The position numbers and the translations under genes are program-made. The notes beneath the pieces were generated by a model that was not told the origin of the DNA, did not search any database, and saw nothing but the letters and a program-made list of their open reading frames with translations. 64,000 bases of DNA from Dictyostelium discoideum (taxonomy: Eukaryota), in NCBI GenBank assembly GCA_000004695.1, contig CM000151.3:7264001-7328000 (forward strand). Reading direction: 5' to 3'. This document shows positions 52,227-64,000 of this stretch, in pieces (position 1 is the first letter of the stretch; every line of letters starts with the position of its first letter).

Positions 52227-52367
52227 AAAGGTAATACCAATTTTCAATTGCCTCTTAATTTGAAAATAATAGTTAATGAAAAATGGATTATTTTAATAAT
52301 TAAAATAATCCATTATTCATAAATTATTATTTTGAAATTAAGAGGCAATTGAAAATTGGTATTACCT
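52227..52367. repeat. Near-perfect 141-bp palindrome: 44-bp arms (one mismatch) around an internally palindromic 53-bp core
   Basis: Left arm aaaggtaataccaattttcaattgcctcttaatttgaaaataat (52227..52270); right arm attattttgaaattaagaggcaattgaaaattggtattaccttt (52324..52367); core aatggattattttaataattaaaataatccatt. It lies in the head-to-head intergenic region between the 51929 (minus) and 52822 (plus) gene starts. Confidence 0.9.
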
Positions 52368-52821
52368 TTTAAAATAAATAAAAAAATTAATAATTGAAAA
52401 AATTAAAAATTAAAAAATAAATTTTTGAAGTATAATTTTATTTTCATTTATTAATTTTAACATTATATTATTAATGTTTTAGAATATTTTAAAGTTCTAT
52501 AATTGAATTTCTTTTTTTATTCGATTTAGAATTGGTGATCTTGAATTAATTGAGGTAATTATTAATGATCATCTTTTTGTTTTTGTGTTTTTTTATTAAT
52601 AAATTCCAACTTATAATAAAAAATCAAAATCTTTTTTAATGCTTTTTCCCACAAAATAAATAAAATAAATTAAATTTGATATTTTTAATGGGGATTAAAG
52701 GAGATTTCTTTTTTTTTTTTCAATTTTTTTTTTTTTTATAAAAATTTAATAATCACTTTTTTTCACTCACACTTAATATTTTTAATTTCACCATTTTTCT
52801 ATTTAAAAAAAAAAAAAAATA

Positions 52822-54082
52822 ATGAAAATTTTTATAATTATTTCTTTAATTTTAACAATTTTAATTATTCAATCAAAATCAAAAGAGTGTCCTTGTTCAA
52901 ATGTTGAGTTGTGTAAACCATTGGAAATTGGTCCAAGAAAAGAATTTATTGGATTTTCTGTAAATAGCACTTTCTATCCATACTATAATTGGGATCATTT
53001 GACAACTATTGGAATTTTTTATAGTGAAGATATTGAAGATGAATTACTTTGTATGGCTAAAACTAATGGTGTAAGATTAGTTTATAGTGCATTTTACCCA
53101 GTTGAACAATTATCAAATGAAACATATATAGATCAATGGATAAATGAAAAATTAGAACTTGTTCAAAATACATTTACTGATGGTTTAAATTTTGATGTTG
53201 AATATCCAATCACTGATCCAATCGTTGCACAACAATATACTCAATTAGTTGCTGCCACTAATAATGCTTTTAAATCAGTTAATCTTTATTATCAAATTAG
53301 TGTTGATGTGGCATGGGATGCTTCAAACTGTATAGATTATCGTTGTTATGATTATTTGGGACTTTCAAAAGCTTCTGATTTTTTAGTAGTTATGGATTAT
53401 GATATGAAGTTGGATGGATATTACTTCAAAACATGCCTTGCAAGTGCAAACTCACCACCTTCTTCAGTTTTATCTGGTATGGTAAATTTTACAAAACTTG
53501 GAATTGATGAAAGTTCATTAGTAATGGGACTACCATGGTATGGGTATGTTTTATAATGTTATTATTATTAAATTTTGTTTTTTTATTTTTTTTATTTTTT
53601 TTATTTTTTTTATTTTTTTTTAATCTCAAAAAGTAATATTTATAATTTTCATTTATTTTTTTCAAAATTCATTTTAAAAAAGATACAATTATCCATGTAT
53701 TGGCTCAAATTATACATTACAAACATTTGAATGTATTATTCCTCCTTCCAGTTATTTAGGTTATAATTGCACAGATGCATCAGGAATTGAAATTAATTAC
53801 TCAATCATTATGAATATGTTAAATGATACAGCAATACAAAATGGTGGTGTTCAATGGGATTCAGAATCAGAGTCACCATATTTTAATTTTATTGACTTAT
53901 TTTCTGGTACTCAACACCAAATGTGGTTTGATAATCCAGACTCATTAACCATTAAAGTCAATATAGCACGTACAATGAACCTTAGAGGTGTTGGTGTATG
54001 GAATATTGATCAACTTTGGGATGACCATTCTCTTTCATCTGGAATGTGGGGTGCATTAAATTCTTTCTTTAAAATTAATTAG
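52822..54082 (+). CDS. ctbs: Di-N-acetylchitobiase (glycoside hydrolase family 18, CTBS orthologue), secreted, about 373 aa
   Basis: Two exons: 52822..53543 (donor GTATGT at 53544, phase 2) and 53683..54082. It aligns with human CTBS: CPCSNVELCKPL~CPCPEPELCRPI; DVAWDASNCIDYRCYDYLGLSKASDFLVVMDYD~DVAWSPKNIDRRCYNYTGIADACDFLFVMSYD; LPWYGYNYPC~VPWYGYDYTC; MWFDNPDSLTIKVNIARTMNLRGVGVWN~VWYDNPQSISLKATYIQNYRLRGIGMWN. Confidence 0.85.
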
Positions 54083-54135
<53 letters not shown>

Positions 54136-54661
54136 GTAATAAATAAATAAATAAATTAATAAATAAATAAATTAATAAATAAATTAATAAAAAAATAAAT
54201 TATAATAAAAATTAATAAAAATAAGATTAGAAAACAAATAATAAATTACCAAAAGACAAAAGACAATCACTCAAAAAAATAGGAAAATTAAATTTTGGGG
54301 TTAAAATACAAAAATGGATTAATTATCAAAAATAAAGGGTGATTGGGGGTATTACAAAAATGATGAGATATAAATAATTGTAATTAAAGTGAAAATAAAA
54401 TTTCTCAATTTTTCGATAAAAAAAAAAAAAAGATAAATCACACAGATTTATTCAAAGCTTAATTTTAACATAGATTTAATCTATTAAAAAATAGAGCTTA
54501 AAATTATAAAAAAATACACACAAGAATAAGTTGAACTTATAACAAACAATAATAAAAAAAAAATATTTAAACCAAATGGTTTTTATGTAAATTTTTCATT
54601 TGAAGTTAATTTATTTTTAATAATATTAATTTAGTGTGTATAATATTTCTAAAAATTAAAA

Positions 54662-56064
54662 ATGGTTTTGGATTTTTTAAAAGGGGAAAAAGTTAAATAT
54701 GATAAATTACCAGAGCCAAATGAAGTTGGTGATTTGATGAAAAATATTAAAAAACTTGCTGATTCTGATGATAATATTATCGTATGTAATTACTTTTTAA
54801 CAATGGGATATAGATAAAAATTAAATTTTAAAAAATTGAATTTTTTTTTTTTTTTTTATTATTAAAAAAGAGAGAAGCAGCAAGAAAGTTTGGTGTTTGT
54901 ATTCCAACGGAGTTTTGTAGAGTGTTATTATTCACATCTCTATCAAAGAAATCAGTTTTAAAACATTTTGTTAACAAAATCCAAAGACTTGTTGAATTAT
55001 TTGTTACATTTTTCAAATTGGTTTCAAAGTTTAATAGAGATGCAACTGAAATTTCTCTTGATACTCACTATGAAAATGCAAATTTAGAGATTAAATCTAA
55101 TCTTAATGATTTGGAGAATATTCATAGTCAATTGATTGTATTAGCCAATGAAATAATTGGTGAAATTGATGAATGTATCAATGAATGTAAAAGAGAAGTT
55201 GGCTCTAAAAATCATTTTAGAGAACCAATTTTACTAAAATCAATGACTGATAGTAGTGCCTGTAATACACCACTCTTAAAAAGCAAAAATCAATTCTCAA
55301 ATGAACATATTAAAAGTCTAACGCAATGTATATTACAAAGCAAATCAAATCAAGTTCCAAATATTCAAAAACTTATTGATAAAAACAACTTAAAGAAAAT
55401 ACTTTTAAATTCTGGTGGTATCTTTTTTTTGGTAATGGGTTGTGCAACTGTTGTAGTTGGTGCTGTACTCGCTCCATTCACTGCCGGAATTTCATTATTC
55501 ACTGCATTGGTATCAATTTTCATGATTGCTGGTGGCGCACTTTCATTGGTTGGTGGAGTTGCTGCCGAAGTACTTGGTAATAAATTCTTTATTGAAAAGG
55601 ATCTTGACCTTCTTAACTCTTTGCAAACTTTGAAAGAAATCAAATCGGATGTTGAAGAAATACTCAAAGCTTTTTCAAACAATTCACAATTAGCTGACCA
55701 ATTATCTAAAAATTTTCTACATTTTAAAATGGGTGAATATGGATCATTGGGTATACTTTGTGGTATTTGTAATAACGTTTTAAAGGATCCTTTATTTTTT
55801 GATGACGAAGTAAATTCAACTAAAAACTTCTGTAAGGATTGTATAACACAATATTATAAATCTCAACAAAAATTGGCTGGTAGTAATAATGATGATGATT
55901 TTTTCAATTTACCAAATTCAAATTATCAAACTTTTAATTTAAAAAATTTACAACCTGCATGTGGTTCTTTAAAAAGTTTAATTAGAAATTCTGAAGAGAG
56001 ATATGATGAATGGCAAAGAAAATTATTATCAATGATTGGTAATAATACAATTTATCATTTGTAA
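54662..56064 (+). CDS. Apolipoprotein-L-like membrane-insertion domain protein with a C-terminal U-box/RING-like motif, about 438 aa
   Basis: Two exons: 54662..54781 (donor GTATGT) and 54871..56064. A coiled-coil N-terminal region is followed by a Gly/Ala-rich helical hairpin VVGAVLAPFTAGISLFTALVSIFMIAGGALSLVGGVAAEVLG that matches the ApoL 'LAPFT.GGS' signature (human APOL1: LVGMGLAPFTEGGSLVLL), then LCGICNNVLKDPLFFDDEVNSTKNFCKDCITQYY (U-box-like C-x-I-...-DP). Confidence 0.55.
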
Positions 56065-56553
56065 TCCAGTAAAATAAAAAAAATAATAATAATCATATGA
56101 TTACATTCATTTTTAATATTTAAATCACTTTTATTTTTGAGTGTTCAAATTATCTATACTAAATTCTTAATAAAAAAATAAAATTAAATAATTGTAAATA
56201 ATATTTAACAATATCTAAATTCCATTATAACTTAAAAAAATCAAATTTATTATATTTTTAATTTTATTTATTAAATTATTACTTTGATTTTAAAATTTTG
56301 TAAATTTGGATATTTAAAAAAATAAAAAAAAAAACTAATAGAGATTTAATTTATTTTTTTGATTTAAAAACTAAAAAAAATAATAAAAAATAAAAATAAA
56401 AAAAAAAAAAGGTAATAACTATTTAATTTAAATTTTTTATTCTGTCCTCTTGTTTATCTTTTTTTAAAAAAATAAAAACAATTAATGAAAATAAGAATTT
56501 TATAAAACTTTAAAAAATAAAAAAAATAAAAAATAAACCAATCCCCAAACCAA

Positions 56554-56585
<32 letters not shown>

Positions 56586-56793
56586 TCTATCTTTTATATA
56601 AAATTTAATCGCTACTCGTTGTTCTTAAAAATAAAAAAAAATAACAAAAACTTAAATTATAAATTATTAAATTCTAAAAATTAAAAATAAAAATAAAAAA
56701 AATCATGGTCAACTGATTAAATCTCGTTTAGTTAAAAAAAAAAAAATAAAAAAAAAATAATAAAAAATTAAAAAATAAAATGGAAAATTTTAA

Positions 56794-56826
<33 letters not shown>

Positions 56827-57469
56827 TTTTTTTAAAATTTTTTTCTTTTTTTTTTTTTTTATTAATAAAAATGGGTTTTATAAATAAAAATATAGATAAA
56901 ACCAAACCTTAGATTTAACAATAATAATAACAACTTTTCAAAACACATATTGTAACTTAATTGTGTATCAACACTTTTAAATATCACTTTTTCATTGAAA
57001 AAAAAAAAAAAAAAAAATTTTAAAAAAAATAAAATAAAAATAAAATAAAATAAAATATTTTTATTAAATAAATAAATAAAAACTCCTTTTAAATTTTTTA
57101 AAAAAAAATAATAAATAAAAAAACATCAACATATAATTATATATAATATATAACACCTACTGTTCAATTATTAATTTGTATAATAAAAAACAAAAACAAA
57201 AAATTAATAATAATCCCACCTCTTTAAATATTTATAACATAATAAATATCAATAATCTAAAACCAAAAAAAAGACATTCGTTTTTTTTTTTTTTATATTT
57301 TTTCTTTTTTTTTTAAAAAAAAGCTTCACCTCTTCAATTATTAAATAATAATAATAAATAAATAAATAATAAAAAAGCTAATAACCTATATTAGTAAATA
57401 TTAATAACAAAACAACAACAATAATAATAATAAATAAATAAATAAAAACACGAAATTAAATTTATATAA

Positions 57470-58125
57470 ATGGCACCACAAAAACATAGAAAGATCTGTG
57501 TAATGGGATCAAGAGCAGTTGGAAAATCAACAATTACAATGCAATTTGTTGAAAGCCATTGTCCAGACTCATACCATCCAACTATTGAAAATACATATCA
57601 AAAAATAATTAGACACCAAGGTCAAGAATATTCAGTTGAAATTATAGATACAGCTGGTCAAGTATGATCATTCTCATAAAGAGTTATTATTATTATTATT
57701 GTTATTGTTATTATAGTTATTATTGTTACTAACTCTTTTATTTATTTTTATTTTTATAGGATGAATATTCAATTTTACAAAAGCAATATTCAATTGGTAT
57801 TCATGGATATATTTTAGTTTATAGTGTTACATCAGTATCATCATTAGAAGTTATTAAAGTTTTAAATGATAAGATCTTAAGTTCATTGGGAGCTGAAAAG
57901 ATACCAAGAGTTTTAGTTGGAAATAAATCTGATTTAGATAATGAAAGAAATATATCAAGAGATCAAGGTATTCAATTAGCAAATGAATGGGAATGTGCAT
58001 TTGTTGAATGCTCTGGTAAAAATAATGAAAATGTTGAAGAAGTTTTTAAACAAATTTTAAATGAAGTTAATAAAGGTTCAACAGGTCCTGAACCTCCACA
58101 AAAAGAAGGTTGTATTTTAATGTAA
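57470..58125 (+). CDS. rheb: Small GTPase Rheb (Ras homologue enriched in brain), 185 aa, CaaX box CILM
   Basis: Two exons: 57470..57661 (donor GTATGA) and 57760..58125. It is near-identical in pattern to human RHEB: GSRAVGKSTITMQFVE..DSYHPTIENTYQKII..QGQEYSVEIIDTAGQ|DEYSILQKQYSIGIHGYILVYSVTS..S.EVIKV...VGNKSDL... Confidence 0.9.
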
Positions 58126-58605
58126 CACAATTTTCTTTTTTTTTGATAAAAAAAAAAAAAAAAAAAAGAAAAAAGAAGGAAACATATATTAAAATTAAAA
58201 CACCACTCCTCTGCCCTCTTTTTTTTTTATTTAAAAATACCTTCACATAAATGTGCCAATTAAACAACAAAAAATAATATCCGATATTCGAATTTCTTTT
58301 CCCCTTTTTAAACATTTTTTAAAAAAAATAAAAAAAAAAAAAAAAAAAAAAAAAATCTAAAAATAAAGAATGTGTATATATATTTATATATATATATATT
58401 ATATAAAAAATCTTTAAATTTTTTTTATTTTTTTTTTATTTAATCGCTTTTTTAATTCGCTTTTTTTTTTTTGCCGAAGTAAATTATTTCTTTTTATTTA
58501 ATATGTTTTCCATTACTTTTTTTTTTTTTTTTTTTTTTTCTTTTTTTTTTTCTTTTTTTTTTTTTTTTCTTTTTTTTTTTTTCTTCGATTATTATTATTA
58601 TAATT

Positions 58606-58820
58606 TTATTTATCTTTATTTCCACTATCAAATTTATTTAATTCTTCTTTCTTTTTTCCATAATCATAACCATAGATTACTATTAAAATTGAATGAATAA
58701 TATAGATACCCAATAAAATATTTAAAACCAATTCTTGTGAACCATTTCCTTTTCTACCAAATTTCATAATCTGTGTAATATCTTTATACTATAATAAATA
58801 AAAACTTATATTATTAATAA

Positions 58821-58867
<47 letters not shown>

Positions 58868-59292
58868 GAAAAATAATGACTTACAATAAAATTAGTACAA
58901 AAAGCACCAGAGATGAAACCAGTTAAAAGATTAATATTAAATCTATGACAATGGAAAGTAGCCAAAGCCAAAAATCCAAGTACATTAATTTCAAAAGCAT
59001 AAACTGTATCAATTAAAGAAACGATAGCCATAGTTAATAGATGAAGGAATAGTACTCTATGCCCTCTAATTGATACAAAAAGTGATGATTTAAATGTTGG
59101 TGTTGAATTTGATGATGATGATGATGATGAAGTTGAAGTTGATAAAGTTGATGATAATGATACAGTATTTGAAGATCCAATAGCTGCTACTGATGAAAGT
59201 GGAATTAATGAATTTGAAGAAGATGATGATGATGAAATTGATGGTGATGATTGACCGCCGCCATCATTTGATGATGAAGATAATTCATTCAA
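58606..59292 (-). CDS. Hypothetical small membrane protein, Ser-rich N-terminal region, 5' end unresolved
   Basis: Exon 58885..59292 (…LLTMAIVSLIDTVYAFEINVLGFLALATFHCHRFNINLLTGFISGAFCTNFI, donor GTAAGT) plus exon 58606..58788 (YKDITQIMKFGRKGNGSQELVLNILLGIYIIHSILIVIYGYDYGKKKEEL...*). The ORF-track 'M' at 59292 is TTG, and the frame stays open upstream to about 59470 with no in-frame ATG. The start may be the internal Met (MAIVSL...) or an unfound 5' exon. Confidence 0.4.
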
Positions 59293-59489
59293 ACTTTGAT
59301 GGTTATCCTCTCTTTCACTTGTTGATTCATCATTTTCATTCTGTATATTATGTTTCTTTAATCTATAAATTCTTTTTCTACTTTGATATTTACATTTTTC
59401 ATATTGTAATACTAATTCTCTATAATTTTTAAATGTTGTAAAATAACTTTTTTTAAAAAAATGAATGAATAAATAAATTAGTAAATTAA

Positions 59490-59529
<40 letters not shown>

Positions 59530-59545
59530 TATTTTAATTTAAAAC

Positions 59546-60488
59546 TTACATAAATAATAATAAAAATAAAGAAATTAAAATTAATTGAAAATAACCTAAA
59601 CCAATTGGACCAATGAAAAGATATTGAGTATTACCAGAAAAGAATAAATTTAAAAGTTTTTCAAGGGTTGAGAGTAAGAGATTGATAGTTGGAGAATTTG
59701 AGAAATTTTTAAAACTTTTTCTTGGTATTGAAGAGGAATCATCCAAAGTAGCCAATAGGAAATGGTAAACGATATTTGCAGTTTCTTTGATGAGATCAGG
59801 ATCGAGATGATTTGGTTGATCACTTAATTCACCACTAATGAATGGCTTTTCAATGTCATTTGAGGAATGAGAATTCTCACCGTAAAAGTAATCGTTATCA
59901 GTGAGTAACATCGAGTCGACGCCAGCCCATGTGAATGGACCCTCGTCGCCTAAATAAGAGATCGAGTGTAAATGGTAACGGTGGGCTTGATACATCACCG
60001 ATACGCCAATACTCGAACTGCTACCCACCGCAATACCATCGACTGGATTCACAGCGTAGGCAGATTGCACCATTGAATTGACCAACCAACGTGGTGTGAA
60101 CAACGTCTGATGTTTATGTTCGTAGGGCAATGTCTGAATCATGACCCTATCATTGCCAATCGTATCTATATTCAAAAAGTAGGCTATCTCTGATTGAGAT
60201 GCCATCTTTGAGATTTTATTATTCGATACGAAACTTCTGCTACCCAATGCACCTGGATTCTCTTGATCAAACAATATAAACATGTATGGCGTATCGTTGG
60301 GAATACCCTCCATCTTTGACACTGCTTCTTGATGTCTAAATAATTCAATAGCCTCCTCTATCACCAATCCTGTACCTGATAAACAATCATGTGCTCCTGA
60401 TGTTCTATCTGGTGATCCCCAATATTTCGTATCGTAATGTGATGAAATTATTCTAATTGCTTTATTTTTACTATCATCATTACTACTA

Positions 60489-60522
<34 letters not shown>

Positions 60523-60991
60523 TTGTATTTATCCATATTATAATATTTATACCTGTCCAAGTTGTAGTTGTAATATTTTTACCTTCAGCTTTTCTTTCGT
60601 TCCATTCAAAATGATTCCAAATTATATTATCCTTTGGGAATCCACCCTCCTCAATTAAATAATCTCTAATGTATTCTCTTGCTATACTTCTACTTTCTTC
60701 GTAAACAATTTTTGAATTTCCAATTTCAATCAATCTTTTTGTATGATTTATAATTTTATCTGGCCTTATATTATTCCTTATTTTATCATTATTATCATTA
60801 TTATTATTTTTATTATTATTATTATTTTTATTATTATTATTATTATTATTAATTATATTATATATATTTTTATTATTAATTATATCATTTGAATCATTGT
60901 AAAAATATCGGGATATAAAAAATAAGATAATAAATACAATAAATGTAGTAATTAAATTTTTATTAAAATATAAATTTAATCCTTTTTTCAT
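59546..60991 (-). CDS. Peptidase M28 family Zn-metallopeptidase with an N-terminal signal anchor and C-terminal TM helix, 481 aa
   Basis: A single ORF with ATG at 60991. M28 metal-ligand motifs are ISSHYDT (His), GAHDCLSGTG (GA.D..SG Asp), ILFDQENPGALGSRSF (EE/GS-type Glu) plus downstream Asp/His. It has a poly-Asn/Ser insert. Confidence 0.75.
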
Positions 60992-61005
60992 TTATTTGTA
61001 AAATA

Positions 61006-61038
<33 letters not shown>

Positions 61039-61387
61039 CTAATTTTATTTTGATTTAATTTTTATTTTATTTTTATTTTTATTTTTATTTTATTTTATTT
61101 TATTAATTATTTTATTATATATCTTTAATTATTTGAATTATTAAATGGTCAAAAAATTGAAAAAAAAAAAAAAAAAATAAAAAAAAAAATAAAAAAAATG
61201 AAAAGCAAAATGAAAAAAAAAAAAATTAAAAGAAATTAATTAAAAAAAAAAAAATAAAAAAAAAAAATGTGTTCACATTTTTAAGTCATTTTTTTTTTTG
61301 CCTCGGAACCAAAATGGAACTTTTTCATAACAATTCAAGTGTTTCTAATCTTTTTCTTTTTTTCTTGAATTTTTTTTTTTTTAAATA

Positions 61388-61458
61388 ATCAAAAATGGAA
61401 ATTGAGACAATTAAAAATAAAAAATAAAATCAATCAATTGTCTCAATTTCCATTTTTG
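61388..61458. repeat. Perfect hairpin inverted repeat: 25-bp arms and a 21-nt loop
   Basis: atcaaaaatggaaattgagacaatt...aattgtctcaatttccatttttgat. It lies in the head-to-head intergenic region between the M28 peptidase start (60991, minus) and the CARMIL-like gene (62201, plus). Confidence 0.9.
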
Positions 61459-61795
61459 ATTAAAAAAATAAAAAAAGAAAAATAAAAAAAAAGAAAAATA
61501 AAAAATATCACAGAGTGCTTAAAGCAAAATTCATTTTAGCTTAATCATTTTTAATTTTAATATTATTTTTTTAAAAATTATTAATAGGTTTTTTAAAAAA
61601 TTATTAATTATAAAAAATGATAAATATTCCAAAAAAAATGATAAATATTCCATTTTCAGTTTTGGATTATTTACGGAAAAAAAAAAATAAAAAAATAATT
61701 CTAAATAATAAAAAAAAAAAAAAAAATTAAAATAGGAATTAATTAATTTTCAAACAATTTATTACCTTTGATTATATAAGGTATGAAAAGTAATC

Positions 61796-61796
<1 letters not shown>

Positions 61797-61857
<61 letters not shown>
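61797..61857. repeat. (ATA)n microsatellite of about 20 units; a second (ATT)n tract at 61921..61965
   Basis: A direct aataataata... run in an intergenic region. Confidence 0.9.
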
Positions 61858-61860
<3 letters not shown>

Positions 61861-62200
61861 TTATAATAAAATAAAAAAAATAATTAATAATATTACCACA
61901 CATTTAATGTGATTACATTTTATATCATCGTTATTATTATTATTATTATTATTATTGTTATTACTGGTCATAAAAAATTAAAAATTTAAAAAAATAAAAA
62001 AAAAAATAAAAAATAAAAATAAAAAATGAAAATATTGGTCGACTGGTAACTAATCAATTATTAGAAAAAAAAAAAAAAATTTTTAAATTTTGATTTTTTT
62101 TTTTTTAAATAATTTTTCAAATTTGTTGAAAAAAAAAAAAAAAAAAAAAATATATATATAAAAAAAAAAACCTACACATATATAGACCACCAATTATGAA

Positions 62201-62331
62201 ATGCAAGAACCATTAGAAATTACTCCATCAGACCAAAGGAATTTTTTATTTACTTTTTATTTTTTTTTTTATTTTTTTATTTTTTTATTTTTTTATTGAA
62301 TCATTCCATTTAAGTTAAAAATAAAAGAATT

Positions 62332-62363
<32 letters not shown>

Positions 62364-64000
62364 TAAATATTTAACTAATTTTATTTTTATAATTTTTCAT
62401 TTTTTAAAAAATAGATTATATTTATGAACAATTATCACCATTGGGTGGATTATTTGGTGAAGAAGTTACATGTCAATGTCCAATATATTCAACAGATGAA
62501 GCAGGTGATGTTGAATTAGTACCAAGAATATTAGTAATTGGAAAATATAGGATATTATTAATAAAGAAAGAAAAAGGGGAAAAAAAGGTTTTAAAGAAAA
62601 ATATACATTTATATGATTTAATTGAAGTATCAGAACCAATTATAAATTGTAATTTTAATGCAATGCCAAATATTATAGAGATAAAATATAGGGATAACTC
62701 ATCAACAGGTGGAAGTGGTGGTGGTGGTGGTGGTGGTGGTGCAGCCGCAGGTGGAGGAGGGGGTGCAATGACAGGAGGTGCAACATCAGCATCACAAGCA
62801 TTACATAATCAATCACAAATTAAATCATTTATAATACAATCACCAAGTAGAGAGATTGAAATTATTATAGTAAAAACGTTAGCATTAACATCATGGTCAA
62901 TTTCAAAAGGGTTCCCACAAGAGTATATAATGAGGGTAAATTTAAATAACCCACCCAACCGATACCCACAATTGAAATTCGATCATGATATTGGTATTGC
63001 CGATGGTAAAGGTATTGCAGAGTGTTATATAGCGCATTCACATTATTTCAATACCAAATCAACATTGGACTATCTTAGACATTTGGAAACACTTTATCAA
63101 AGTAGATACCCGGAATTGGACTTATCAGACATAGCGGGTATTGACGCAACCTCATCATTGGGATTCAATTTATACACTGGTATCATATGCTTACGTCATA
63201 ATAGATTCATCAGATCGTTAAAGGCCAATTCAATACCACATATAAACGTAACGTCGGCCATTGGCGAAATGATGTTGACCAATAAAACCATCACCCAATT
63301 GGAGATCACCAATCTATTGACAGAGCAAAGTTTTACACCAATTGGTAATTTTTTAAAGAATAATCCATTCACAAGTTTACAAATCCTAAATCTTTCAAAT
63401 AATACAATGAATAATGAGTCGGTGGTGGGGTTATGCGACGGGTTGGCTAATTTCAATCATTCCCTATTGTCGTTGAATTTGTCGGGTTGTTCAATACCAA
63501 CCAAGGGTGTGGCATTGTTGTTCAATTCCCTTCAAAAGAATTTCGGTATGTCATTGACATTGGAGGAATTGATTCTATCAGATAACAGATTTCAAGATGC
63601 TGGTAGTTCAGCTATGTCATCATGGTTGAATAAAACCAGAGGTTATAATAGATTGAAGAGATTAATCCTATCAAATTCTCAATTAAACATTGGTATGATA
63701 GCACCCTCATTGAAAGTACTAAGTTGTATAGAGTCATTGGATCTCTCAAAGAATTCAATTAATATTCAATCTTGTAGAACTCTATCGATGGATGGTTTGG
63801 AGGGTATCGAATCAAGGGAATTTAAAAACTTGAATCTTTCATCATGTGGTTTAGTCGGTGAATCAATTGCAACATTATTGGTTGCACTATCGAGAAATTC
63901 AAAATTACATAATCTAACATTAAATTTACAACGTAATGGTTTCGCTCAAAAAACAGCACTCATTCTAATTCAATTGCTACCACAATGTGCAAAATCATTC
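62201..64000 (+). CDS. CARMIL-like leucine-rich-repeat protein (N-terminal PH-like region plus RNI-type LRRs), partial, continuing beyond the window
   Basis: A long open frame runs from about 62414 (acceptor aaaaaatag|at) to the window end: …RILVIGKYRILLIKKEKGEKKVLKKNIHLYDLIEVSEPII… then (Gly)n and LRRs (LSNNTMNNESVVGLCDGLANFNHSLLSLNLSGCSI…LILSDNRFQDAGSSAMSSWL…LDLSKNSINIQSCRTL…). A probable first exon begins at ATG 62201 (MQEPLEITPSDQ...), but no GT donor is found before 62315, so the exon 1/2 junction is unresolved. Confidence 0.5.

Overview
This window reads as nuclear DNA from a dictyostelid social amoeba (Dictyostelium discoideum-like), not a prokaryote. It is about 75-80% A+T, with long poly(A)/poly(T) intergenic tracts and short AT-rich introns with GTAAGT/GTATGT donors and AG acceptors. 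(AAT)n/(CAA)n codon repeats encode poly-Asn/poly-Gln. I can support about 30 protein-coding genes, most of them spliced. In the ORF track the leading 'M' often stands for an alternative start codon (GTG/TTG/ATT), so exon ends were set from splice signals and paralogue/orthologue alignment, good to a few nt. Recognisable products include a FAX/metaxin-like GST-fold protein, an EF-hand protein, two inverted PhoPQ-related (PqaA-like) paralogues, two tandem TLC-domain paralogues, Aladin, exosome Rrp40, a DHHC palmitoyltransferase, a Swi3/SMARCC subunit, two tandem arylamine N-acetyltransferase genes (one lacking the catalytic Cys), cortexillin, Pgs1, a beta-lactamase-like hydrolase, Hsp33, di-N-acetylchitobiase, an ApoL-like/U-box membrane protein, Rheb, an M28 peptidase and a CARMIL-like LRR protein running off the window end. 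There are no rRNA genes, tRNA genes or CRISPR arrays. Structure not explained by the genes: a 3.7-kb two-gene unit duplicated in tandem with complementary decay, the whole region bracketed by the inverted PqaA-like paralogues; and long perfect inverted repeats in four of the seven head-to-head intergenic regions, one belonging to a small repeated element with a second degenerate copy elsewhere in the window.
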